Assembly (NCBI GenBank): GCA_000002435.2
Contig: CM018791.1
Reading direction: 5' to 3' (one strand)
DNA length: 64,000 nucleotides
Source: Giardia intestinalis
Taxonomy: Eukaryota
In this document: in pieces, positions 9,909 through 18,984 of the stretch
How positions within the stretch are numbered: position 1 is the first letter of the stretch
Layout: every line of letters starts with the position of its first letter
Program-made: the position numbers and the translations under genes
Notes under the pieces: model-generated
What the model was told of the DNA's origin: nothing
Databases searched by the model: none
The model's input: the letters and a program-made list of their open reading frames with translations, nothing else

Positions 9909-11519
9909 ATGGACGAATACCTATCCACCCTCACTGTGAGCCGCATGCTCACGCCCCACTCGGCCATTGTCACCCCGCAGAGCAGCCTGGACAAGTACAT
10001 TCTCCGTTGTCTCCCCGCGTCTTCCCTGGACCCTGAGGTTCTCAAGAATGTGATGTCGGACGTGGGGTTTGTTATCCGGGAAAAGTGCCATTGGATGGTT
10101 CAGTGCTTTGTGGAAAAGCTTGTCGACGATGACACGCGGATGGATCTGAGCACGGACAGCCGCAACTATTACGTCCTCACCGAGTGTTATGCCTCTGACT
10201 CTCTTCAGGCCCTTGTTGTCACGAGAGACAGAGTCAAAAAGCCCTTTACTGAGGACGAGATAATACAGACCCTCTTACAGCTCATTATGCCCGTTGAGTT
10301 CCTTATGAAGATTGGGTGGCGTGACAAAAGCTTCTTTAAGCACGTCCTCCACCCTAATCGTCTCCGTGTGAGCAACAACGGCTTGATATCCCTCGATATC
10401 TGCCATGCCATTGTGTCCAGCAAGATCGTCCTCGAACAGTTTCGTGACGAACAATCTTACATGCCACCTGAGGCCATCTTCAGCAACGCTTCTACATATG
10501 ACGAGAGAAGTTTCATCTGGACAATAGGCTTTATTCTCTTTAATATGATGTGCTCCGGATACTCCTACGGGGAGATCAACTTCAGGGACGTGACTCACAA
10601 ACCAGATTATGAAGGTGACACAGATGATGAAGGTAACGAAAAGTCTGAGAAAGAACGCATAGAAGGCATGGACATGTATCTCTATGTTAGCAAACGATTG
10701 AATACAGAGCTTTCGAGGTACTACTCCAGGCAGCTGAGGGAGATAATAAAGACGATGCTTTCTGCATACTACGGTGAAAGGCCCACCATTCTGAACATCT
10801 ACGCCCGCCCCTTCATCTTTTCACACATCATGGACGTATACAAAATGAGGGGCGAGTTCTCTGTCGAAGGAGGGACGCCTCTGATGGTTGCAGCACGCAT
10901 CGGAGACATGCACTACATTACCCAGTGTGCCTCGCAGTTTCACATCCAGGACACCAAGGGAAGGACTGCTCTTATGTTTGCAGCTGCCAATGGGTGTGCG
11001 CAGGCCTGCGACTATCTCATCCCGCACGAGTCCAGTCAACGGGACTATAAAAAGTGGACAGCGCTTATGTATGCCGCTGCAAATGGGCATGTCAACTGCG
11101 CCAAGCTCCTTTATATGCACGAAAACGGTCTTTGCAATGTCGACAATGATACCGCGCTGATTATTGCTACCGAGCGGAACCATGTGGAGATAGTTGATTT
11201 TCTGGCTCCATTCGAGTCTGGAAGGGAGCGACAAAACGGGGAAAGCGCTTTGGTTGTCGCGGCATGGCACTGCTATCCGCGATGCGTTGCCCTACTCATG
11301 CATACCGAAGCTCCCCGCTATGCGGAGAGGGCGCTCAAGGCCGTCACAGACCCTCTATGCATAGGGTCCGAGGCCAAGAAGCAGGTTATTATAGCAATGC
11401 TCACGGACTATCTCGGCGCGAAGGTCCTGCCCCTTAAGTATATCAGTGAGCCGCGCGAAGAGTTCCTCACAGAGAACATAGGGTTACTAGCGCAGACAAA
11501 TTCGTTACACATACTCTAA
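9909..11519 (+). CDS. NEK-like kinase domain (predicted catalytically inactive) fused to C-terminal ankyrin repeats
   Basis: The N-terminal half has a kinase-fold layout (APE-like MPPEAIF, TIGFILFNMM), but HRD is replaced by HPNRL and no DFG is present. The C-terminal half has clear ankyrin repeats (GGTPLMVAARIGDMHYI.., GRTALMFAAANGCAQACDYLI, KWTALMYAAANGHVNCAKLL, DTALIIATERNHVEIVDFL). Confidence 0.7.
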   Translation: MDEYLSTLTVSRMLTPHSAIVTPQSSLDKYILRCLPASSLDPEVLKNVMSDVGFVIREKCHWMVQCFVEKLVDDDTRMDLSTDSRNYYVLTECYASDSLQALVVTRDRVKKPFTEDEIIQTLLQLIMPVEFLMKIGWRDKSFFKHVLHPNRLRVSNNGLISLDICHAIVSSKIVLEQFRDEQSYMPPEAIFSNASTYDERSFIWTIGFILFNMMCSGYSYGEINFRDVTHKPDYEGDTDDEGNEKSEKERIEGMDMYLYVSKRLNTELSRYYSRQLREIIKTMLSAYYGERPTILNIYARPFIFSHIMDVYKMRGEFSVEGGTPLMVAARIGDMHYITQCASQFHIQDTKGRTALMFAAANGCAQACDYLIPHESSQRDYKKWTALMYAAANGHVNCAKLLYMHENGLCNVDNDTALIIATERNHVEIVDFLAPFESGRERQNGESALVVAAWHCYPRCVALLMHTEAPRYAERALKAVTDPLCIGSEAKKQVIIAMLTDYLGAKVLPLKYISEPREEFLTENIGLLAQTNSLHIL

Positions 11520-11524
11520 ATTGT

Positions 11525-11531
11525 AGTAAAT
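11525..11531 (+). promoter_or_regulatory. Putative Giardia-type polyadenylation signal AGTAAAT for the upstream gene, inside the 17-bp spacer that also serves as AT-rich initiator for the next ORF
   Basis: AGTAAAT matches the AGTRAAY consensus, 6 nt after the TAA at 11517-11519. Confidence 0.35.
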
Positions 11532-11536
11532 TTTGC

Positions 11537-11959
11537 ATGAGCGCTGTTGCTCCAAGTGGCTCTGAAATGGTCGTCGAGTCTCCGGATGAGCAGAGCCACG
11601 CCAGCGCGTCTTCCTCCTCCGACGACTATACCAGCGGGACGACTACTGAAAGCAACGAAGAGGAATCCGAAGAAGATAATGAGGAAGAAGAGTCTGAAGA
11701 CGAAGACGAAGAGGATGAGTCTGAAGAGGATGAAGATGAAGAGGAAGAGGAAGAGTATGAAGAAGAAGAAGAGGAGGAAGAAGAGGAAGAGGAGGAAGAG
11801 AGCGAAGAAGAGGAGACGTCCGAGGAATCTGAGGAGGAGACTGGGGAGTCTGAGGAGGACGAAGAGGAGACCAGCGAGGACGAGGAGCAGTCGGCGCAGA
11901 GCGCGCTCGGCCGGTTCCTCGCAGAGCACAGCCTTGAAAGCGGGAGCGAGCCGGAGTAA
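11537..11959 (+). CDS. Glu/Asp-rich acidic low-complexity protein (140 aa)
   Basis: ATG with AT-rich initiator (TAAATTTTGCATG). ORF is built on a GAR trinucleotide repeat giving long poly-E/D tracts. AGTAAAT poly(A) motif overlaps its TAA stop (GGAGTAAATG), which supports it as a real transcription unit. The alternative frames (poly-K/R, poly-S) are products of the same repeat. Confidence 0.4.
   Translation: MSAVAPSGSEMVVESPDEQSHASASSSSDDYTSGTTTESNEEESEEDNEEEESEDEDEEDESEEDEDEEEEEEYEEEEEEEEEEEEEESEEEETSEESEEETGESEEDEEETSEDEEQSAQSALGRFLAEHSLESGSEPE
11650..11900. repeat. Imperfect GAA/GAG (GAR)n trinucleotide repeat, about 250 bp
   Basis: Runs of gaagaggaagaagag etc. All frames on both strands are open across it, which explains the several overlapping low-complexity ORFs. 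Confidence 0.7.
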
Positions 11960-11960
11960 A

Positions 11961-12043
11961 TGCCAGCTGTGGGGTTCGAACCCACGCGGTCTTGCAACCA
12001 ATGGGACTTGAATCCATCGCCTTAACCACTCGGCCAAACTGGC
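11961..12043 (-). tRNA. tRNA-Leu (anticodon CAA), class II tRNA with long variable arm
   Basis: The reverse complement reads GCCAGTT-TG-GCCGAGTGGTTAAGGC-G-ATGGA-TTCAAGT-CCCAT-TGGTTGCAAGACCGCG-GTGGGTTCGAACCCCAC-AGCTGGC-A. The 7-bp acceptor stem includes one G-U pair. The D-loop GCCGAGTGGTTAAGGC is canonical for Leu/Ser tRNAs. The anticodon loop TTCAAGT gives anticodon CAA. The T-arm is GTGGG/TTCGAAC/CCCAC. Length is 83 nt and CCA is not encoded. Confidence 0.85.
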
Positions 12044-12114
12044 GCGCCCGCGCACACACACCAGACACGCACTTTCTGGCGTACTCTTATTTTTCACTCT
12101 GTCAGAGATTGTGT

Positions 12115-12121
12115 GTTTACT
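12115..12121 (-). promoter_or_regulatory. Poly(A) signal AGTAAAC overlapping the stop codon of the ABC transporter gene
   Basis: The minus strand reads ...ATC GGG TAG TAA ACA. The sequence TAGTAAAC contains the exact Giardia AGTAAAC signal. Confidence 0.45.
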
Positions 12122-15100
12122 ACCCGATCAGCGCCAATGCAAGGCTCAGCCGCCTGCGCATCCCCCCGCTGAGCTGACGCGCCTGCCGGTCCAAGACATC
12201 GTAGAGATAGACGAAGGATGCAAGCTTCTCAACGACATTCTTCTCGTCCGCCTTCGAAACGCCGTGTAGACGCGCAAAGAGCGTCAGGTGATCCCGGACG
12301 CTCAGAATGGGAATGTATGCGTCATGCTGAGGACAGAGCCCGATGGATTTGTATATCTCGCTGGGGTCTCGGCGCACATCCCACCCGTTTATGATTACCG
12401 TTCCTTTTGTGGGCTTGATGAGCCCCGTCATCATGGATATGGTCGTGGACTTGCCAGCCCCGTTACTTCCCAGAAACGCAAAGCATGTGCTGCGCGGAAG
12501 GTGGAAACTCACGTCTCGGACTGCCACAAATGCAGGTGGATAAAATTTCTGCAGGTTGCATACAATCACAGGAGTAGTGCTCCTAATTCCATTATACATG
12601 TACTGTCGCTCTGCCAGCACGTCAATGTCCATTTCGGCCTGGCCCGTCCGGACTGCGTAGTCGCGACCGGTGCGCGGAGGGGGCAAAGCCTTCTTCCGAT
12701 GTGTTGGCATAGCATTCAGCTGAACATTGATTGGAGGACGAACGTAAGTGGAGGAGTCAAGGTAAGTTCCATCTGTTTCTTCTTCGATCCCACATCCAAC
12801 CAGGGAACCGGGGCTCGTTTGGCACCGGCACCCTTCAACAGAGTCTGCTTCCAAGGCTGATATGCCAGTGATTGTGGAAACATCGGTGAGCATCGTAGCC
12901 GTGGCTAAGAGTTGGTCGGTGCTTTCAGGAACTGCTTTAGTCAGCACAAGCCGTGTGCTCGCGCTGCCATTTGTAAGCTGCGAATCGCGTGCGATCGACA
13001 CTAAGTCAGCATTGTTAAGGTTAAATGTAGAAGCACCATTGGAAGACTTGCTCCTCTTACAACAACAGGTAAATATGAAGTTCCAAGGAAGAGGCACGCC
13101 GTTAGATTCTCTGGGAATGATGTAATCGAAATATATTGTCAGGAGGAAAAAGATTGTGCCCTCAACCCACATGCCAAGGATAAGCCATCGCATGGGGGAG
13201 TTCATGAAGCTCTTGAAGTCCTGTGCGCTCCAGCCCACAAAACCCAAGATTGCTGCGAAGCTCATCATGGGGGTGAAAAAGTACCACCAGAGAAGGTTTT
13301 CTGTCTGCACCTCTCCTTCTATCATTAAAACAATGGCGAGTACGATAATCAAGATATTTCCGACGAGTGTTGAGAGCTGAGTATTGGGGAAGAACAAGGA
13401 GAAGAGGAACGCCGTTGTGAGTTGTCCGTATGCTCCTGCCGTGAAGACCAGCAGAATCATGCCGAAGTCCATTTTCCTAAGCAGGCTGAGCTTGAAAACA
13501 AAGTAGCCTAGCACCACCATAACGCTATATACCAGCACCGCAAAGCAGAGTTGGTATATGAAGTTAGCGCACCAGTATAGCCAGGTAGGCACGCCGTTTA
13601 GCTTGAACATCTGTCGAAGACCCTGTTGACGGTCCAGAACGACGGGGAACATGTGCATTGGGACCATGCTCATGCATGCAAGGGCTAGCATAATAAGTGC
13701 AAGCATCACCTTCATCTTGTCCTCGCCAGAGGTTATGGGGAAGGTCCAGACCCAGTCCCAGGGCTGTAATCCAAAGCGAATATTGATAGACGTGGCAGGG
13801 CTTGTGTACGAGGCAGCAGGGCTTATACCATAACTTGCGCGTGCAATGGCCTCGACTAATCTGGCGTGCACTTCATTGTGGATGGTTATGGCCCGCGTAT
13901 CCAAAAGCGATGTCTCCTCAATAATAGATGGCGCTTTTGCAGGCGGGAGAGTGATGGATGAATTGACTGATGTTCCGGGCATACTCATTATATCGTTAAT
14001 CCCAAACTCTTTTGCCCGCTGCACGATCGACGTCGTATTAAACCTTAACCGCAGAGTCAAGCGTTTATAAGGATAGTTTCCTAACTTAGCAGGTAAGTAT
14101 GAGTGAATAACGGGTCTGAGTACTTTGATCCCTCCTGTTTCTGAGTACGATTCCGCTGTATCAAACTCCAGAACAGCCAAGGGCACCTTGCTAAGTACGT
14201 AATTATAACACTGTTGTATAGTAGCCAAATCGGTAGGATCGACGTACACTCTCTTGGTAAGGTTGCCACACTCGACAGGCTCGCTGTAGCAACGATCATA
14301 GTACACGGTTCCCTCTGGCCTAGGTATCCCCCCGCTGCGCTGAATGTATAAGAGTTCGTCCAGTAGGGTATCAATTGTGTCATACTTAGAGTATCCATTG
14401 ACAAAGTAAAAGTCGGGCTTTAGCTGAAAGTCGTCCGAGATAGTAGTAGTTGATGTGTACATAGGTACGGCAAGGGGCTTCACAGAGAAGTAGTCAAGGT
14501 AGTTTGTCCCTCCACTTGTAGAAAGATCGGTGAAGAGGCTGTCGAACTTGGTGCTCATGAAGGACGACATGGCCACGCTTACCTGGTTCTTGATCGACGA
14601 ACTTACGGGAAGGCCCATTACTGTGAAGACCTTGTAGTCCACAGAAGAAAACGGAATGGTGGTATTATTGACAGTTAGATTGTAAGAATACACCATTCGA
14701 TGGCCGCGCAAGGCGTCTTGGAGGACAATGGTCTCATCAATTCCGGACCCAAAGCGCCCTGTCTTATCGAAGACATATATCCTTCCTGTACCACCGCGCC
14801 TTTGCATCATGTTACTATAACGAATGCTCTTGGTCCCTAAGTCAGTTCCATTAGGCAAGAGGTCAGGAACCTCTGACTCAGAGATGGTACCTCCTCCAAG
14901 CCAAATGATCGGCTGGGAGTTGACCTTGCCTATGAACCTCTCGCTAGCAGGACAGGCCATTGGCTCCCCAAAGGTATCATAGCCATCGCAGTCCTCTATG
15001 TACCCGAAACCCCCAAAGCTCTTGAGCATGCGGCAAACAGTGCATATGGAATCAGATCGACTCGCTACTCTCTGTGCGAGGGAGTTCAGAAGCCCCATTA

Positions 15101-18100
15101 GCCAGGGAACAAATACGTCAGAGAGGATCCACCCCAAGATAATAAGAAGAACCGGGAGGAAAAACACGGAGAATATCCCCATCTTCGTGGAGGCATCGTA
15201 CCGATACATCTTCGTCAGGAGCGCAGTGAAAACACGCGGCCGGACTCTCCGCGGGTTTAAAATTTCGTTAATCATTTCCGGGGTAAACTTCTCGATGCGA
15301 ATCTCCTCTCCATTTATCAATGTATCATGCGCTTCGGCGTCAGTGTACTTCAGAAGCGCAGGGTCACTCATATCGCTGTCAACACTCACATCAGTAGCAT
15401 GCTGTGGCAACTGTTGGTCCTCCCCGAGGGCGCTTGATCCCTGATTTGGCAGCTTGTTATCGATGTTCGAGGGAGAAGTGTGGTCCAGAGTAGAGGAAAG
15501 GTTTGCAAGTTCCTTTATGTTGACACCCTGAAGAGCATCCTGCTGGCTGGTATACTTATCCATTTGAGAAAAGACGCCTGCTTGGTAGATTTTTCCTAGC
15601 TTAATGAAGACTTCCTCTAGAGTCGTGCCCTCTAGCTGATAATCTGCCACGAGGGGCCCTAATGACCCGAGTCTATTATCCCCAAGGCTCAAAGAGCCAA
15701 CCGAAGGTATGTCACGAACAATCTCCTGGGAGTTTTCATCAAGTGTATGCCTTCCCGTCTTATGTGTCTCCACAAACAGGATAAACCCAGGCAGCGCATA
15801 CTCAGCCATTAAATTGACAGAATATACCAACGATTGGCCTGTTTGATTTATCAGACCAATGCGTGGCTGTGATTTTTCACGTAAAAAGTCAGCTGTGTCC
15901 GTCGTCTTGGTAACATACTCGATTTCTGGATACGATTGCTGCAGCCAGTATTTAACTAGTTCGGACATAACATTCGCTGCCTTTGTTGAAGAGGCTATGA
16001 TGGTGAACTGATAACCACTTCCGTAGAGCCTCTTGAGCTCTAGAGAAGTGCCAGAGGCGATGACCTTTCCACTAGACATGATTGCAATCTCGTCAGATAG
16101 GTAGTCAACCTCTGTCATATCATGAGAAGTCAGCAGGATGCCCGGGGGTGGCCGATGAATTCGCTTAACGTGAAGATCCTTCCCCTTGGCGCTCCCAGTA
16201 ACAACGGGAACATTCATGTGATTGCGGCTTGTCTTCTGGATCGCGCTCCAGACGATTCTCTTAGTTTCGGGGTCAGTCCCTGTTGTGGCTTCATCAAAAA
16301 GGAGCAGCTTGTGGTATCCACACGTGGCGATGGCAATGCAGAGGCGCCGCTGCATGCCGCCAGAGAATTTCTTACACGGCTTGTCACGATATTCGTAAAG
16401 AGCCACTTGTCGCAGGTGTTTCTCAACTAACATAGGTATTTCAAACTCAGGGATGTTGTGAAGTAAGCATACGAGCTTAAGATGCTGAACCGGAGTGAGC
16501 CCGGGCCAAAGTGTTGTGTTGTGCTGGGGGCAGACCCCTATTTTGCGACGTATGTGATTCATCTGATAAAGAATAGAGTAGTCGTCGATCCAGCCGTTAC
16601 CTATGCAGGGATTGCGAGCCGAGAGAGGGGATTCTAAGAGGTTCTTGGGCGGTTTGTCGGGATGCAAAGACCCAATGATGCAATTGATTGACGTCGATTT
16701 CCCAGCCCCGTTTTGGCCAAGAAGGCCAAAGATCTGTCCGTGGCAGATGCGAATTGTAAGCCCCCGGACTGCATAGTGATACTTGCCAACCTTATTCTTG
16801 TCTTCCTTCGACCCACTGCAGGCTTTGCGGACAAACGTTTTCTGCAGGTGGTGTGTAACTAAAACTGTGTTCTTAAGATTGCTAGCTGTCATAGTATGGC
16901 GAAGCACAGACGAGACCTTGGAGTCCAAGGGAAGTAGTGAGCGCAGAACGGCCTCAAACACAGAGCCTGGAACAGGCTGTCGACCTGTGAGGAAGTCAGA
17001 TTCGCCCTTCTGTCGTCTAGCTTTCCTGAAGCAAACGCAGCAGAGGCTCTCAGTCCCGTCAGGCTGCTGTGCCGTTGCACGGAAGGTATGCGGAGCACGT
17101 TCCAGCACGTCTCCAGTAGCGTCCACGAGTGGAAGATACTCGTCATCCAGGCTATAATCCACTGTGTGTGCGTTGGTTATACCAGCCTTCTTATATGCGT
17201 CACGCTTGGCTAAACGTCGACGATAGCGGCTTTCACGATCATCCAGTATGCTGCTGAGAGAGTACCCTTCACCAGATGTACTCCAATAGTCCTTTGTAAA
17301 GAGCTGCCATGGTTTTCTGCAGAGGCTTGAGTGACTCGGAACGGCCTCAGAGACAAACCACGTGATCAGGAAGTACAGGATAGTGTCCAGCAGCATAAAC
17401 ACAAGATAAACTACCGGTGGAGGAGCCCTGTATGTGCAAATTGATTGTTTATCGACTGGCTGATTGAGGCATGGGGACGACTCACCGCGAGTGAACCAGG
17501 TTGAAAACGTCCACGGGTTCTTCGGAGAAACCAGCTGCATCTCAAAGGTTCTCGGATTGGCATCGGAGGTGGGCATAGCGGTCTCAACCATCTGTAGAGT
17601 TGTCTGAATAATGGGGGTAAAGGGAAACAGAAGTTGAAGAAGAAATGCCCCAAACTGGTTTATGAATGTGGGATCATAGATTCTCTCAGGGGTTGTCATA
17701 GTGAAGACCATTGTCTCAACAAACGACCCGGCGACCATTACAAAACCAATGGACATCCCTAGCTTAATAGTACCAAGAAAAGAACTGAAGAAGAGCCCAA
17801 ACATAGTTATCGTCGCCGCAGCCATAATATTGAAAACTAGAAATGATACAGGGTCAATCCAAGGATATACGTCTGTTCCTCCAGGCATCATATATGCAAT
17901 GATGAAATAAGGAAGCCAGGTTATCATGAAAATGAGCAACTGGAATGAGAATTGGGCGAGAATGTATATGCAATCGTTAACGCCCATGAGACGGAGAGAC
18001 TCGAACCTGCCTGAATCCTTCTCTGCAATAGAATTGCTCAGGGAGAGAAGAAACTGCATTAGAAAGACGGTAATTACGAAGAACTTGCTCATAAACTCAT

Positions 18101-18884
18101 CTGGAAGACGAGGATCATCGTCACGACCGAAAAACGGCAGCTGAGTCAATCGCGGATTGAAGTCCACGCCTATTCCTTCTGAGACAAGAAGGATAGCTCG
18201 GCCCAGCGCCATCTGAACTCGAAGAGGCACCGTTGCTGCCATGCCACGTGATGCAGACATGGAAACCTGGTCCCGCAGGTAGAAGGCATAGAAATTTGGA
18301 AATGCAAGCAGAGTCTGGTTATAGTTGATCAGGATAGACAGGTCACTGAGGATTTCCTTGTCGGATGAGGGAACTGTTTGTCCACCAGAGGTGCCACTGC
18401 CCTGCTTCTCAAACGGAGCATCGAAGCCAATCATAAAAGTAAAGTGTTTAGGATCTTGCCGCAGGGTGTTCTCTGCTTCGACCCTGGTGCTGAAGCCCTG
18501 GAGGTCAGTGTCAAAATCCAGCCCCGACTGCTCGGCCACTTTCTTCATCACTTTTCTCACGTATGGATTATCTGGGTAGAAGCCTAGAGTCTTGCAATTG
18601 CGTGTCTGATCAGGAATTAACGTCCCGAAGCCATAGCGGCCGTTGGCATCGTCAAGGACAAAGCACTTGGGCACCCTCATGTCCTCGTCTGGCCAGATAG
18701 TAGGTTTGAGATTATCAGATGATTGATAGTAGGCAACCAGAGGATTTAAGTAGAGTACAAGCACAAGGATCAGAGGCAAAGCAAAGCGTAGGAAAAGTAT
18801 CAGCCAGCCCCCCTGGATCATGTCCACATATTGCTTGAAGATGATGGCCCTGTATTGCGACGTGTATAAAGAGCGCGTCCTCAT
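12120..18884 (-). CDS. ABC transporter, ABCA-like full transporter (TMD-NBD-TMD-NBD), with the C-terminal NBD truncated after the signature motif
   Basis: NBD1 has Walker A GQNGAGKSTS, signature FSGGMQRRLCIA, Walker B LLLFDEATTGTDP and H-loop LLTSHDMTE. NBD2 has Walker A GSNGAGKSTT, Q-loop GLCPQHD and signature LSGGMRRRLSLALALIG, then an immediate stop. No Walker B or H-loop follows in any frame. ATG at 18884 has an AT-rich initiator. Confidence 0.85.
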   Translation of the reverse strand: MRTRSLYTSQYRAIIFKQYVDMIQGGWLILFLRFALPLILVLVLYLNPLVAYYQSSDNLKPTIWPDEDMRVPKCFVLDDANGRYGFGTLIPDQTRNCKTLGFYPDNPYVRKVMKKVAEQSGLDFDTDLQGFSTRVEAENTLRQDPKHFTFMIGFDAPFEKQGSGTSGGQTVPSSDKEILSDLSILINYNQTLLAFPNFYAFYLRDQVSMSASRGMAATVPLRVQMALGRAILLVSEGIGVDFNPRLTQLPFFGRDDDPRLPDEFMSKFFVITVFLMQFLLSLSNSIAEKDSGRFESLRLMGVNDCIYILAQFSFQLLIFMITWLPYFIIAYMMPGGTDVYPWIDPVSFLVFNIMAAATITMFGLFFSSFLGTIKLGMSIGFVMVAGSFVETMVFTMTTPERIYDPTFINQFGAFLLQLLFPFTPIIQTTLQMVETAMPTSDANPRTFEMQLVSPKNPWTFSTWFTRGESSPCLNQPVDKQSICTYRAPPPVVYLVFMLLDTILYFLITWFVSEAVPSHSSLCRKPWQLFTKDYWSTSGEGYSLSSILDDRESRYRRRLAKRDAYKKAGITNAHTVDYSLDDEYLPLVDATGDVLERAPHTFRATAQQPDGTESLCCVCFRKARRQKGESDFLTGRQPVPGSVFEAVLRSLLPLDSKVSSVLRHTMTASNLKNTVLVTHHLQKTFVRKACSGSKEDKNKVGKYHYAVRGLTIRICHGQIFGLLGQNGAGKSTSINCIIGSLHPDKPPKNLLESPLSARNPCIGNGWIDDYSILYQMNHIRRKIGVCPQHNTTLWPGLTPVQHLKLVCLLHNIPEFEIPMLVEKHLRQVALYEYRDKPCKKFSGGMQRRLCIAIATCGYHKLLLFDEATTGTDPETKRIVWSAIQKTSRNHMNVPVVTGSAKGKDLHVKRIHRPPPGILLTSHDMTEVDYLSDEIAIMSSGKVIASGTSLELKRLYGSGYQFTIIASSTKAANVMSELVKYWLQQSYPEIEYVTKTTDTADFLREKSQPRIGLINQTGQSLVYSVNLMAEYALPGFILFVETHKTGRHTLDENSQEIVRDIPSVGSLSLGDNRLGSLGPLVADYQLEGTTLEEVFIKLGKIYQAGVFSQMDKYTSQQDALQGVNIKELANLSSTLDHTSPSNIDNKLPNQGSSALGEDQQLPQHATDVSVDSDMSDPALLKYTDAEAHDTLINGEEIRIEKFTPEMINEILNPRRVRPRVFTALLTKMYRYDASTKMGIFSVFFLPVLLIILGWILSDVFVPWLMGLLNSLAQRVASRSDSICTVCRMLKSFGGFGYIEDCDGYDTFGEPMACPASERFIGKVNSQPIIWLGGGTISESEVPDLLPNGTDLGTKSIRYSNMMQRRGGTGRIYVFDKTGRFGSGIDETIVLQDALRGHRMVYSYNLTVNNTTIPFSSVDYKVFTVMGLPVSSSIKNQVSVAMSSFMSTKFDSLFTDLSTSGGTNYLDYFSVKPLAVPMYTSTTTISDDFQLKPDFYFVNGYSKYDTIDTLLDELLYIQRSGGIPRPEGTVYYDRCYSEPVECGNLTKRVYVDPTDLATIQQCYNYVLSKVPLAVLEFDTAESYSETGGIKVLRPVIHSYLPAKLGNYPYKRLTLRLRFNTTSIVQRAKEFGINDIMSMPGTSVNSSITLPPAKAPSIIEETSLLDTRAITIHNEVHARLVEAIARASYGISPAASYTSPATSINIRFGLQPWDWVWTFPITSGEDKMKVMLALIMLALACMSMVPMHMFPVVLDRQQGLRQMFKLNGVPTWLYWCANFIYQLCFAVLVYSVMVVLGYFVFKLSLLRKMDFGMILLVFTAGAYGQLTTAFLFSLFFPNTQLSTLVGNILIIVLAIVLMIEGEVQTENLLWWYFFTPMMSFAAILGFVGWSAQDFKSFMNSPMRWLILGMWVEGTIFFLLTIYFDYIIPRESNGVPLPWNFIFTCCCKRSKSSNGASTFNLNNADLVSIARDSQLTNGSASTRLVLTKAVPESTDQLLATATMLTDVSTITGISALEADSVEGCRCQTSPGSLVGCGIEEETDGTYLDSSTYVRPPINVQLNAMPTHRKKALPPPRTGRDYAVRTGQAEMDIDVLAERQYMYNGIRSTTPVIVCNLQKFYPPAFVAVRDVSFHLPRSTCFAFLGSNGAGKSTTISMMTGLIKPTKGTVIINGWDVRRDPSEIYKSIGLCPQHDAYIPILSVRDHLTLFARLHGVSKADEKNVVEKLASFVYLYDVLDRQARQLSGGMRRRLSLALALIG

Positions 18885-18984
18885 GCCGACAAATTTTTTA
18901 AACCGGTTTATGATAAGCTGAGCAACATGAAAGCCTTTGCTATTTACTATAAATTTACCTTCTGTGTTTTTCTAAGTATAAATG

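Noticed and set aside
10821-11270. 149-aa minus-strand ORF inside the NEK-ankyrin gene, and many similar 60-150-aa antisense ORFs inside the large genes (e.g. 2154-2558, 4774-5109, 13156-13380, 21913-22185, 47112-47462, 49471-49887)
   Set aside because: Each is fully contained in a longer opposite-strand gene that has convincing protein motifs. This is typical chance antisense ORFs in moderately GC-rich coding DNA.
11516-12097. Several overlapping ORFs (11516-12097 -, 11547-12011 +, 11626-11997 -, 11643-12068 -) encoding poly-S, poly-K/R or poly-L/F
   Set aside because: They are alternative frames of the GAR trinucleotide repeat. They overlap the tRNA gene and have no initiator or poly(A) context. 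Only the Glu-rich frame has gene-like signals.
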